From Solirubrobacterales bacterium (GTDB lineage Bacteria; Actinomycetota; Thermoleophilia; Solirubrobacterales; 70-9), in assembly GCA_035474955.1 (NCBI GenBank), contig DATIMV010000030.1, positions 4,207 through 68,206 on the forward strand: a stretch of DNA of 64,000 bases. Reading direction: 5' to 3'. The notes beneath the pieces are model-generated. The model saw only the letters and a list, made by a program, of their open reading frames with translations, did not search any database and had not been told where the DNA came from. The translations under genes were made by a program, and so were the position numbers. Shown here in pieces: positions 1-8,774 of this stretch. Position 1 is the first letter of the stretch. Each line of letters starts with the position of its first letter.

Positions 1-131
1 TCCTGCTCTACGCGGCCCTGGGGACGATCGCGGTTCTGGTTCTGCGGGGGATGTCGCGCCGCTGGCGCGAGGCCGGCGGCGCTGACGTCGAGGCCGGCGC
101 CCCCTACGGACCCCCGGAGGAAGGGCGATGA
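1..131 (+). CDS. cydA: cytochrome bd ubiquinol oxidase subunit I, C-terminal fragment (runs off the window start)
   Basis: Frame 3 is open from base 3 to TGA 129-131 (LLYAALGTIAVLVLRGMSRRW...). The stop overlaps the cydB ATG (ATGA coupling). Identity is inferred from position upstream of cydB only. Confidence 0.5.
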   Translation, partial: LLYAALGTIAVLVLRGMSRRWREAGGADVEAGAPYGPPEEGR

Positions 132-1126
132 GCAAGGCCGACGCCGCGGCGGCGATTCTCTGGGTCGGGGCGACCTTCTACGCGCTCTTCGGCGGCGCCG
201 ACTTCGGCGGTGGCTTCTGGGACCTCTTCGCCGGCGACGCCGAGAAGGGACGGGATCCGCGGGCGCTGATCCAGCGCTCGCTGACCCCCGTCTGGGAGGC
301 CAACCACGTCTGGCTGATCTTCATCCTCGTCGTCCTCTGGACCGCCTTCTCGCAGGCCTTCAGCGCGATCTTCACGACGCTCTACGTGCCGATCGCCCTG
401 GCCGCGCTGGGGATCGTCCTGCGCGGCGCCGGCTTCGCCTTCCGCAAGTCGGTGGTGACGCTGGGCGAGGAACGGGCCGCCGGCGCGATCTTCGCCCTCT
501 CCTCGGTCCTGACCCCGTTCTTCATGGGCACCGTGGTCGGCGCGATCGCCTCCGGCAACGTCCCCGCCGAGGGCAGCGGCGACCCCTTCTCGAGCTGGAT
601 CGAGCCGCTGCCGCTGCTGACCGGGGCGATGTTCGTCGCCACCGGCGCCTACCTCGCCGCGGTCTTCCTGGTCGGCGACGCCCGCCGCGCCGGCGAAGCC
701 GAGATGGAGCGCTACTTCGTGCGCCGGGCACTCGTCTCCGGCGCCGTCGCCGGCGTCTTCGCCGCCGTCGGCCTGGTCGAGCTGCACGCCGAAGCGCGCT
801 ACGTCTTCGACCGCCTCGTCGACCAGGGCCTGCCGCTGGTGATCGTCTCGGTGCTCTGCGGGATCGGCCTGCTCGTGACTCTGCTGCGGGGCGGGCGCCG
901 GCCGCTGCGCCCGCTTGCCGGGGGCGCAGTGATCGCGGTGATCTGGGGCTGGGGCGTGGCCCAGTTCCCCTACCTGCTGCCGACCAGCCTCCGCATCGAC
1001 CAGGCCGCCGCCCCCGATCCGACCCTGACCGTGATCTTCATCGTCTTCGGCCTCGCCACCGTCCTCGTCCTGCCCTCGCTCTTCCTCCTCTACGCGCTGA
1101 GCCAGCGCGACGTGCTCGAGCACTAG
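128..1126 (+). CDS. cydB: cytochrome bd ubiquinol oxidase subunit II
   Basis: 332-aa polytopic membrane protein. The N-terminus WVGATFYALFGGADFGGGFWDL is typical of CydB. High GC3 coding frame. Confidence 0.85.
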   Translation: MSKADAAAAILWVGATFYALFGGADFGGGFWDLFAGDAEKGRDPRALIQRSLTPVWEANHVWLIFILVVLWTAFSQAFSAIFTTLYVPIALAALGIVLRGAGFAFRKSVVTLGEERAAGAIFALSSVLTPFFMGTVVGAIASGNVPAEGSGDPFSSWIEPLPLLTGAMFVATGAYLAAVFLVGDARRAGEAEMERYFVRRALVSGAVAGVFAAVGLVELHAEARYVFDRLVDQGLPLVIVSVLCGIGLLVTLLRGGRRPLRPLAGGAVIAVIWGWGVAQFPYLLPTSLRIDQAAAPDPTLTVIFIVFGLATVLVLPSLFLLYALSQRDVLEH

Positions 1127-1137
1127 GCTGCCGCCCG

Positions 1138-1815
1138 ATGGCTGCGCCCGAGATCAAGGCCGTGCTCTGGGACATCGACGGCACCCTGTTGAAAACCGGC
1201 GGAGCGGGGGCGGTGGCCTGGCAGCGCGCCTTCCGCGAGCTCTGGGAAGTCGACGCCAACATCACCGAACACACCCGGGAAGGGATGACCGACCCCGAAA
1301 TCGCCGAGATCGTCTTCCGTGAGGTGATCGGCCGCGACGGCTCCGACGAGGAGCGGGCGGCGGCGATCGCCGGCTACCTCAGCCACCTGCAGGAGGCGGT
1401 CGACGAGTCAGAGGGCTACGAACTGATGCCGGGAATCGAGGAGATCCTGCCCCGCCTCGCCGAGGCCGGCGTCCTGCTCGGCATCGTCACCGGCAACATC
1501 GAGGCCGCCGCCCACATCAAGCTCGGCCGCGGCGATCTCAACCGCTTCTTCGCCTTCGGCGGTTACGGCTCCGACGCCCGCGACCGTACGGAGCTGACCA
1601 AGAAGGGAATCGAGCGCGGGGGAGAGGTGGCCGGTCACCCCCTCGACCCCGAAGCCACGATCGGCGTCGGCGACACCCCCCGCGACGTCGTCGCCTGCCA
1701 TGGCGCCGGCATCCGCGTGGCCGGAGTCGCCACCGGCAAGTACTCGATCGCGCAGCTGGAGGAGGCGGGCGCCGACTGGGCTCTGTCCGACGTTTGCGAG
1801 GGCTTCCCGATCTGA
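1138..1815 (+). CDS. HAD-superfamily hydrolase (phosphoglycolate phosphatase-like)
   Basis: DxDxT motif (LWDIDGTLL) near the N-terminus. C-terminal GVGDTPRDV motif is typical of HAD subfamily IA. Confidence 0.8.
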   Translation: MAAPEIKAVLWDIDGTLLKTGGAGAVAWQRAFRELWEVDANITEHTREGMTDPEIAEIVFREVIGRDGSDEERAAAIAGYLSHLQEAVDESEGYELMPGIEEILPRLAEAGVLLGIVTGNIEAAAHIKLGRGDLNRFFAFGGYGSDARDRTELTKKGIERGGEVAGHPLDPEATIGVGDTPRDVVACHGAGIRVAGVATGKYSIAQLEEAGADWALSDVCEGFPI

Positions 1816-1836
1816 TTGCTATTAAGGTCTCCGACC

Positions 1837-2742
1837 ATGGGGAGTAGGCAGGGGACGAAGCGGCGATGGGCGATGGGCCTGCTGGTCATGGCGGTGGTAG
1901 CGCTGCCGGTCGGCTGCGGCAGCTCGTCTTCCTCGGAGACGACCGCGGCGGAATCCCCGCCGGCCTTCGACGAGCAGGCGGCTTACGAGCTCGTCGAGCT
2001 CCAGGTCGAGGCCGGGCAACGACCGGCTGGATCGCCGCAGCTGAGGAAGCTCGCGAACCAGCTGGTGAAACTGCTGCCGCGCGGGGAATTCGAACCGATT
2101 CCCGGGGAGCCGCAGCTGCGCAACATCGTCGGCAGCATTCCCGGCGACAAACCCGCGATCGTGATCGGCGCTCACTACGACACGCTGTCGAAACCGAAAG
2201 GGTTCGTCGGGGCCAACAACGGCGCCGCGGGCACGGCTGCGGTGATCGAGGTGGCCCAGGCACTGGAGTCGGCTGCATCTCCGGAGGGCCGGGAAATCAA
2301 GTTCGTCCTCTTCGACGGCGAGGAGCCTCCGGGTGCCATTCCCGAGACGGCCGCCGAGTTCTACCGGCAGGGATTGCGCGGCTCGCGCGCCTACGTCGCG
2401 GCTCACCCCGACGAAACCGAGGCGATGATCCTGCTCGACTACGTCGGCCATAAAGGCCTGAAACTGACGCGGGAGGAAAGCTCGACGCCCTGGCTCTGGC
2501 AGCGGCTCGTCGAGGCCTCCGAGAAAGTCGGTGCCTCGCGCTACTTCAGCAACGAAAAAAGCGGCGCGATCCTCGACGACCACGCCCCGTTCCTGCGCGC
2601 CGGCGTCCCCGCGATCGACCTGATCGACTGGCGCTATCCCGGCCAGACCCTCGCCGACGGGCTCGACAAGATCTCGGTCCAGAGCCTGGAGGCGGTCGGG
2701 GACACGGTGGCGCAGCTGGCCGCCGAACTTCGAGCCGAATAA
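1837..2742 (+). CDS. M28-family metallopeptidase, probable lipoprotein
   Basis: ATG at 1837 gives a signal peptide with lipobox (VVALPVGCGSS). Has IGAHYD...GANNGAAGTA...FDGEE motifs of M28 / glutaminyl-cyclase-like peptidases. The ORF-track start 1816 is a TTG directly after the upstream stop. Confidence 0.75.
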   Translation: MGSRQGTKRRWAMGLLVMAVVALPVGCGSSSSSETTAAESPPAFDEQAAYELVELQVEAGQRPAGSPQLRKLANQLVKLLPRGEFEPIPGEPQLRNIVGSIPGDKPAIVIGAHYDTLSKPKGFVGANNGAAGTAAVIEVAQALESAASPEGREIKFVLFDGEEPPGAIPETAAEFYRQGLRGSRAYVAAHPDETEAMILLDYVGHKGLKLTREESSTPWLWQRLVEASEKVGASRYFSNEKSGAILDDHAPFLRAGVPAIDLIDWRYPGQTLADGLDKISVQSLEAVGDTVAQLAAELRAE

Positions 2743-2764
2743 CCCCCTCGGGAGGGGCTGCTCC

Positions 2765-3979
2765 TCAGGCCTTCTCGCAGCGTGCCTGGTAGATGTTGAG
2801 GAAGCCGTTTTCGAACCCGTTGCGGGCCATCCGCAGGTAGAGGCGCCAGACGCGCATCCGTTCGGCGCCGGCGAGGCGGGTTCCCTGGTCGCGGTTGCCG
2901 TCGAGGTTCTCCGCCCAGTGGCGCAGCGTCTTCGCGTAGTCGGGGCCGAAGTCCTCGACGTGGTGGACGACGAAGCCGGCCCGTTCCAGCGCCAGCAGGT
3001 TGCGCGAGAGGTGCAGCGGCGCGGCGTCGGGGAAGACATAGCGCTCGGAGAAGTCACCTGCCTCGGGATCGGTGTGGCGGAGGCGGGTGATGCCGTGGTT
3101 GAGCAAGCGCCCGCCTGGCTCCAACAGCCCCGCCAGCGTCTCCGCGTAGAGGTCGATGTTGGCGGAGCCGACGTGCTCGACCATGCCGATGCTGGCGATC
3201 GCGTCGAACTTCTCGCCGCTGTCGGCGAGGTCGCGGTAGTCCATGACGCGGATGTCGACCCGGTCGGCGACGCCGGCCTCCTCGGCCCGCTGCCGCGCCC
3301 TTTCCGCCTGCGGCGGCGAGAGGGTGATGCCGACGACGTTGGCGCCGTACTTCGTCGCCGCCCAGAGCGGGAAGCCGCCCCAGCCGCAGCCGACGTCGAG
3401 GACCCGCTCGCCCTCCTTGATCGCCAGCTTGCGGGCAACGGTGTCGAGCTTCTCCTCCTGCGCTTCCTCCAGCGTCTTCATCTCGCCGTCGCGCCAGATC
3501 GCGCAGCTGTAGACCATCGTCGGCCCGAGGAAGAGCTCGAAGAACTCGTTGGAGACGTCGTAGTGGTGGCGCACGGCGCGCGCGTCGCGCTCCTTGCTGT
3601 GGCGCTTCCCGCTCGGCCGCAGCTCGGCCGCCGGCCGCGGCGGCGGCTTGACGATCCCCATCGCCCGCACGGCGGCCAGCATCAGCGCCCGCTGGTCGGC
3701 GCCGTCGAGCGCCGGCGCCTGCCAGCTGTCGAGCACCCGGATCACCTTGTCGATGTCGTCGACCTCGAGCTCGCCGCTGACGTAGGCGCGGCCGAGCCCC
3801 AGCTGCCCCGGGGCGCGTAGGGCATGGGCAATCGCGCGCGGGGAGCGGACGCTGAAGACGGGCCCCTCTCCAGAGGTCGCGGTGACCTTGGTTCCGTCCC
3901 AGAACTCGATCGTGAAGGGCCGCTCCGGAAGGCGGGATTCGATCTCCCGTCGTAGCGGTGTGGTGTTTGCGAACGGCAT
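2765..3979 (-). CDS. cfa: cyclopropane-fatty-acyl-phospholipid synthase family methyltransferase
   Basis: Start taken at ATG 3979 (MPFANTTPL...). SAM motif VLDVGCGWGGF and CFA-synthase-like N-terminus (RAPGQLGLGRAYVSGELEVDD). The 603-aa track ORF upstream of this Met is antisense to the desaturase gene and non-protein-like. Confidence 0.85.
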   Translation of the reverse strand: MPFANTTPLRREIESRLPERPFTIEFWDGTKVTATSGEGPVFSVRSPRAIAHALRAPGQLGLGRAYVSGELEVDDIDKVIRVLDSWQAPALDGADQRALMLAAVRAMGIVKPPPRPAAELRPSGKRHSKERDARAVRHHYDVSNEFFELFLGPTMVYSCAIWRDGEMKTLEEAQEEKLDTVARKLAIKEGERVLDVGCGWGGFPLWAATKYGANVVGITLSPPQAERARQRAEEAGVADRVDIRVMDYRDLADSGEKFDAIASIGMVEHVGSANIDLYAETLAGLLEPGGRLLNHGITRLRHTDPEAGDFSERYVFPDAAPLHLSRNLLALERAGFVVHHVEDFGPDYAKTLRHWAENLDGNRDQGTRLAGAERMRVWRLYLRMARNGFENGFLNIYQARCEKA

Positions 3980-4046
3980 CGGCGGGGAGCCTACTTGCAC
4001 TTGCTTGGCTGCGAGGCCAGGATCGTCGCCCTTATCATCGCTCGCC

Positions 4047-4976
4047 ATGACGACCGTCGGACCACTTCCCTCAGATATCCAGCCCGTCGAGAACGAGACC
4101 CGGGACCGGATCATCACCGGCCTGGTCACCGTGATCCCCTTCGTCGCCGTCATCGTCGCCGGCTGGCAGGTGTGGGGCAGCGCCCTGAACTGGACCGACG
4201 TCTTCCTCTTCTGCGGCATGTACTTCTTCACCGGCCTCGGGATCACGGTCGGCTTCCACCGCCTCCTCACCCACCGCTCCTTCAAAACCAGCCCGTGGCT
4301 GCGCGGCCTGTTCGCGATCCTCGGCTCGGCGGCGATCGAGGGGCCGGTGATCTCCTGGGTCGCCGACCACCGCAAGCACCACACCTTCTCCGACGAACAC
4401 GGCGACCCCCACAGCCCCCACGTCGACCACGGCGGCGGCTTCAAGGGGGCGATGAAGGGACTCTTCCACGCCCACGTCGGCTGGATCTTCATCCACACCC
4501 AGCGCGGCAACAAGGAACGCTTCGCGCCGGACCTGATCAAGGACCCGGTGGTCAGCTGGGTCGACCGCACCTTCATCTACTGGGCGATCCTCGGCCTGCT
4601 TCTCCCGTTCTTCCTCGGCTGGATCATCGGCGGCACCCTCGTCGCCGGTCTCACCGGCCTCCTCTGGGGCGGCCTGGTGCGGGTCTTCGTCCTCCACCAC
4701 TTCACCTACAGCATCAACTCGCTCTGCCACACCTTCGGCCGCCGCGAATTCGAGACCACCGACCACTCGCGCAACCTGGCGCTGATCGCGATCCCGACCC
4801 TCGGCGAGGCCTACCACAACAGCCACCACGCCTTCCCCACCTCGGCCACCCACGGTCTGCGCTGGTGGCAGATCGACATCTCCTCCCTGGTCATCAACGG
4901 CCTCGAGAAGGTCGGCCTGGTTTGGGACGTGGTACGCGTTTCGCCTGAGCGAATGGCTTCGAAAACCGCCGCCTAA
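4047..4976 (+). CDS. membrane acyl-CoA/acyl-lipid (delta-9 type) fatty acid desaturase
   Basis: Three histidine boxes (HRLLTH, HRKHH, HNSHH) and TM segments. ATG 4047 (MTTVGPLP...) chosen because the upstream part of the track ORF overlaps the cfa start region. Confidence 0.85.
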   Translation: MTTVGPLPSDIQPVENETRDRIITGLVTVIPFVAVIVAGWQVWGSALNWTDVFLFCGMYFFTGLGITVGFHRLLTHRSFKTSPWLRGLFAILGSAAIEGPVISWVADHRKHHTFSDEHGDPHSPHVDHGGGFKGAMKGLFHAHVGWIFIHTQRGNKERFAPDLIKDPVVSWVDRTFIYWAILGLLLPFFLGWIIGGTLVAGLTGLLWGGLVRVFVLHHFTYSINSLCHTFGRREFETTDHSRNLALIAIPTLGEAYHNSHHAFPTSATHGLRWWQIDISSLVINGLEKVGLVWDVVRVSPERMASKTAA

Positions 4977-7354
4977 GGCGTTTCCGGGCTTTCGTACCAG
5001 TCGATCCAGGAATCACACGCCTGACCCAGCGGCACCGTGCGGTGCGGCTCGGCCGGCACAGCGACCAGCTCGCCTAGATAGGCCTTGCCGTCGTACCCGG
5101 TCAAGCTCTGCAGGGCGCTCGCCCCCTCGGCCTCGACCGTGAAGCGGACGGGGCCGCCCTTGCTCTCGTAGCGGCCAGCCGGCCAGTACTGGCCGTTGTT
5201 GCCGAGGCTGATCGTGTTCGGGCGCTGCCCGTCGAGCGCGGCCTTCAGCTCTTCGCTGAAGCCCGGCGCGGAGATGGTCAGGTCGAAGGGCGAGAAGTAC
5301 TGAAGCGAGAGGTTCCAGGCACCGGGGGGCAGCCGCAGCGTTTGCGAGACCTCGGAGCCGGTCTCGAGGATGCTGGTCTCGCGCCAGTCCCCTTTGTGGC
5401 CGATCACCGCGTCTGGAAAGAGGCCGGCGCGGCCGGGGTTGGCGAGGAGGATGCGGATCTCCGGCGCGCCGCAGCCGGCGAGGGCGCCCGCCTCGGTTCC
5501 CTCGAGCAGGACGTGGCGGTCCTCGGGCGTCAAGCCGGTCCGTTCCCAGAGCACGTAGGAGTCGGTGCTCGCGACCCGCTTGAAGTTGGGCGGGGCCTGG
5601 CTGTTCCAGGCGGCGCGGCTGGTGATCACGTAGCGGAAGCGGTCGAGCGTTCCCCGCGAGAAGGAGTCGAAGTCGATCGGGCTGTAGGCGTCGCCGGTGT
5701 CGAACGGCTTTTCCGGATTGGGGGAGACGGCGTCGTCGGGGAACTCGACCAGCGGCACGTGGGTGTCTGCCCCCATCAGCTCGTAGGCGGCGAAACGGTC
5801 CTGGCCGGCGTAGAGGACCGGCTGGCCGTGCAGCTTCGGCAGGAAGGATCGGAGCTCGGCCCCGTGCCCAGGTGGGCCTACAGGGGCATCCCGGAGCGCC
5901 AGGAAGCTCGAGTAGACGGCGCCGCCGATGAACGCGACGGCCAGGATGGTCCAGGCAAGTCGTAGGGGCGCCGGGGGGGGGGGTCCCCCCGACAACAGCG
6001 GGGAGGGTCCGGTGGACCCCCTCCCCCGGCGCCCGAATCGGGGGAATTCTTCGAGCAGGGGGCGGACGATCACCAGCATCGCTAGCGGGGCCATGATGAT
6101 CAGGGCCTTGGCCTGGGAGTAGTCGCCGCTGGTGGGGAGGGAAGCGAGGTAGAGGAGGGTGGCGGCGCCTAGCGCGATAGGGATTGCGGCTTCGCGGCGG
6201 CGCACCCACCAAGCGACGCCCGCAAGCAGGGCGAGGACCGAGATCGCGCCCGCGAGGACCGGCAGGCGGACGCTGCCTTCGGCGTCGAGCCGGTAGTTGG
6301 AGGTGGGCCAGATTCCCAACGTCTCCAAGGCTGAGACTGGGCCGTAGGTGTTGCTGGCGGCGACTTTGTTGAAGGCGCCGCCGAAGCCGAAGGGACCGAC
6401 CACAGTGACCAGGACCGCGAGGCCGGCCAGGACGACGAGCGCCAGCAGGGTCAGCGGCCGCAGCAGGAAGCGCAGCAGAGAGCGCGGGCGTAGAGCCGCG
6501 CGCACCGGGGGCAGAGTGAGGCTCCACAGGGCGAGGATCGCCACTGGCCAGGCAACTCCAGCGAAGCTGTAAGAGAAGAAGATGCCGCCGGTCAGTGCCA
6601 GCGGCAGGCGCGCGAAGCGAAGACGATCACGCCACCCGTCGGGCAGCCTCTCGAATCGCGTCAGCCAGATCGCGAAGGCGAGGACTAGGAGGGCGGCGGC
6701 GGTCTCCTTGAAGGCTGCCTGCGCGTAGTAGGAGGCGGCGAGATAGGGGATGGCGACCATCGCGGCGCCGAGCGTCCGCCGGCCCGGCGTCAGGCTCCGC
6801 AGCGCGCCCAGCGCGGTCAGGCCGGTCATCGCCCCGATCGCGATGATCTCGCCGATGAACGCTTGGCCGAGACCGATGCCAGGCACTGAGGCAGTCGCCA
6901 CCGCCAGCCCGTGCGGCCCCAGCGGGTAGCCCGGCTCCGCCTCGGGGCCAAAGCCGCTGCGCAGCCACTCCGCCCAGGCGAGGTGCAGGCCGAGGTCGTT
7001 GTTGAAGCCGACGCCGAGCAGTCCCCAGCGGCCGCTGATCGCAAACGGGATCGAGAGCACGAGGACCACGACCAGCGCTACCGGCAGTCCCTCCCGCCAG
7101 GCTCCGGACGCCCGGTAGTCGGCCCACCAAACGATCGCGGCGGCGGCCAGGGCGAGGAGAGCCACCCCCAGCGTCGCCGAGGTCCCGTGTCCCGGTGCCC
7201 GGGCCAGCAGCCCGGTCACCGTCAGCACGGCGCCGAACCCGACCGCCGGCTCCAGCCACGACCACTCCCGCCTGCCGGCAAGCGAGAGGACGGCCCGGCC
7301 GACCAGCAGCGAGACGGCGCAGATCAGCGCCGCCGAGGCGTAGGTCGCGATCAT
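4973..7354 (-). CDS. large polytopic membrane protein with C-terminal extracytoplasmic domain (GT-C-like, function unknown)
   Basis: 793 aa with ATG start. About 12 or more hydrophobic segments in the first 470 aa, then a soluble about 320-aa domain. No motif that I can assign. Contains a C11 homopolymer on the coding strand at 5973-5983. Confidence 0.6.
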   Translation of the reverse strand: MIATYASAALICAVSLLVGRAVLSLAGRREWSWLEPAVGFGAVLTVTGLLARAPGHGTSATLGVALLALAAAAIVWWADYRASGAWREGLPVALVVVLVLSIPFAISGRWGLLGVGFNNDLGLHLAWAEWLRSGFGPEAEPGYPLGPHGLAVATASVPGIGLGQAFIGEIIAIGAMTGLTALGALRSLTPGRRTLGAAMVAIPYLAASYYAQAAFKETAAALLVLAFAIWLTRFERLPDGWRDRLRFARLPLALTGGIFFSYSFAGVAWPVAILALWSLTLPPVRAALRPRSLLRFLLRPLTLLALVVLAGLAVLVTVVGPFGFGGAFNKVAASNTYGPVSALETLGIWPTSNYRLDAEGSVRLPVLAGAISVLALLAGVAWWVRRREAAIPIALGAATLLYLASLPTSGDYSQAKALIIMAPLAMLVIVRPLLEEFPRFGRRGRGSTGPSPLLSGGPPPPAPLRLAWTILAVAFIGGAVYSSFLALRDAPVGPPGHGAELRSFLPKLHGQPVLYAGQDRFAAYELMGADTHVPLVEFPDDAVSPNPEKPFDTGDAYSPIDFDSFSRGTLDRFRYVITSRAAWNSQAPPNFKRVASTDSYVLWERTGLTPEDRHVLLEGTEAGALAGCGAPEIRILLANPGRAGLFPDAVIGHKGDWRETSILETGSEVSQTLRLPPGAWNLSLQYFSPFDLTISAPGFSEELKAALDGQRPNTISLGNNGQYWPAGRYESKGGPVRFTVEAEGASALQSLTGYDGKAYLGELVAVPAEPHRTVPLGQACDSWIDWYESPETP

Positions 7355-7385
7355 CAGGCGCTGGAACTTAAGGCAGCGGGCGCTT

Positions 7386-8102
7386 TCAGTACTTCTCGGC
7401 GGCCCGTTCGAGCGTCTCGCGCAGGTTCTCCCCGCGCAGCGGATGCTCGTGACCGGCCCCCACGACCCGCGGTTCCAGGGCCGCCAGCCGCCGCAGCGAC
7501 TCCTTCGCCTTTGCGTGGTTCCAGGCCCAGGCCGGGTGGGGAACGCTCGCCTCGCCCTCCGGCAGCGGCTTCAGGCGCGCCGAGTCGACCAGGTAGACGA
7601 CGTCTGAGACCAGGGCGACCCGGTCGCTCTCGCGCCAGAGCCCGATCAGCCCTGGAGCGTGGCCGGGGAAGTGCAGGACCTGGAAGCCGGCCACCTCGTC
7701 GCCTTCGATCACCGTGTCGGCGATCCGCACCGCCCCGCCGTCCCAGCGCCGCAGCAGGAAGGGGTAGATCCAGCGCACCCAGGCCACCGGCAGCTGCGAG
7801 AGGTCCATGTAGGAGTCGATCGCGGCGTCGTTTTCGGCGTCGGCCTTTTCGTCGGGATGGCAGAGGACGGGAACGTCGAGGTAGGGAGCGGTGCCGCGAT
7901 GGTCGGCGTGAGCGTGGCCGAGGATGATCCGCTTCAGCCCGCCCAGCTCCTCGGCCGCCGCCCGCGCCTGCTTGCGCATCGCCTTGGTTCCGGCGTCGAA
8001 CTGGATGACGCCGTCGCCGTCCTCGATGAAGTAGATGTTCATCGCCCCGCGGAAATCGCCGCGCAGCAGCCAAACTCCCTCTGCCACCTTCTCCAGCGCC
8101 AT
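7386..8102 (-). CDS. MBL-fold metallo-hydrolase
   Basis: HxHxDH motif (LGHAHADHRG) and a downstream GH motif (HFPGHAPG). ATG start at 8102. Confidence 0.8.
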   Translation of the reverse strand: MALEKVAEGVWLLRGDFRGAMNIYFIEDGDGVIQFDAGTKAMRKQARAAAEELGGLKRIILGHAHADHRGTAPYLDVPVLCHPDEKADAENDAAIDSYMDLSQLPVAWVRWIYPFLLRRWDGGAVRIADTVIEGDEVAGFQVLHFPGHAPGLIGLWRESDRVALVSDVVYLVDSARLKPLPEGEASVPHPAWAWNHAKAKESLRRLAALEPRVVGAGHEHPLRGENLRETLERAAEKY

Positions 8103-8160
8103 CGGCCAACCCTAACGGCCTAATAGGGTTTTCCCTGTGCCTGGGCCCTGGAAAGTCGGA

Positions 8161-8292
8161 ATGGCGATCCTCGTCGTCTGCTTGGCGGCGTCGATGGTGA
8201 TCGCCACCTACCGCCTCGCCACCACCCCCACCGAAATCCTCGGTGACGGATTTCGCGGTCTCCCGGCGAGCAGCGCCAAGGATCAGCGTTAG
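8161..8292 (+). CDS. possible small membrane protein (43 aa), not in the ORF track
   Basis: ATG...TAG ORF (MAILVVCLAASMVIATYRLATTPTEILGDGFRGLPASSAKDQR) with GC3-rich codons and one TM helix in an otherwise empty 220-bp intergenic region. Weak RBS. Confidence 0.25.
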   Translation: MAILVVCLAASMVIATYRLATTPTEILGDGFRGLPASSAKDQR

Positions 8293-8325
8293 TATCGGGC
8301 GCGTTCAGCGATCGAAGGAGGCGGC

Positions 8326-8769
8326 GTGTTCACTCGCATCGTGGTTGGTACCGATGGCTCCGAGACTGCCGCCGAGGCGGTTCGTCAAGCGACCGAGCTG
8401 GCGAGGCTCACCGGGGCCACGCTCAGCATCGTCAGCGCTTACTCGCCCGCTTCCGGTCGCCGCGTCTCCAGTGAGCAGCAGCAGGCTCCCGCCGACGTCC
8501 AGTATGAGCTGGGGCCGCGCGAGGAGGTCAACTTCGTCCTCGACGCCGCCGCCGCGGAGGTGAAGGAGAAGGGGGTCGAGGTCCAGACCCACCCGGTCGA
8601 GGCCGACCCCGCCGACGCGATCCTCAACGTCGCCGAAGAGACCAAGGCCGACCTGATCGTGGTCGGCAACAAGGGGATGACCGGCGCCCGCCGCTACCTG
8701 CTCGGCAGCGTGCCGAACAACGTCTCCCATCACGCGCCCTGCAGCGTCCTGATAGCCCGCACCACCTGA
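8326..8769 (+). CDS. universal stress protein (UspA family)
   Basis: GTG start preceded by GAAGGAGG. Has RIVVGTDGS...A and C-terminal GNKGMTG..LGSV...V..HAPCSVLI motifs of Usp. Confidence 0.85.
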   Translation: MFTRIVVGTDGSETAAEAVRQATELARLTGATLSIVSAYSPASGRRVSSEQQQAPADVQYELGPREEVNFVLDAAAAEVKEKGVEVQTHPVEADPADAILNVAEETKADLIVVGNKGMTGARRYLLGSVPNNVSHHAPCSVLIARTT

Positions 8770-8774
8770 CGACG

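Noticed and set aside
104-1123. 339-aa ORF on the minus strand, antisense to cydB. Similar long antisense or out-of-frame ORFs include 1822..3438(-), 5013..6527(-), 6911..7927(+), 7354..8109(-), 8305..9222(-), 18159..19394(+), 18955..20766(+), 19034..20113(-), 34542..35960(-), 34769..36079(+), 35852..37351(-), 36082..37341(+), 42018..43019(-), 42074..43885(+), 43819..45609(-), 47689..48828(+), 53006..53974(-), 56038..56925(-) and 58461..60239(+).
   Set aside because: Their translations are Arg/Pro/Gly/Ala-rich low-complexity strings with no motifs. They overlap genes that have clear family motifs and proper GC3 bias. Such stop-free alternative frames are expected in about 70% GC DNA.
2765-4576. 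Long N-terminal extensions of track ORFs: 2765..4576, 21219..22169, 22350..24410, 28119..30200, 37328..38629, 38437..39423, 39740..40702, 44988..46322, 49079..50908, 49870..51594 and 60540..61703.
   Set aside because: In each case the recognisable protein begins at an internal start codon, often with an RBS or a coupling overlap. The upstream part overlaps a neighbouring real gene or intergenic DNA, so I shortened the CDS instead.
8103-8135. The inverted repeat AACCCTA-N10-TAGGGTT just upstream of the MBL hydrolase start as an operator.
   Set aside because: The arms are only 7 bp, no regulator gene is adjacent and there is nothing to distinguish it from chance. It is noted but not called.
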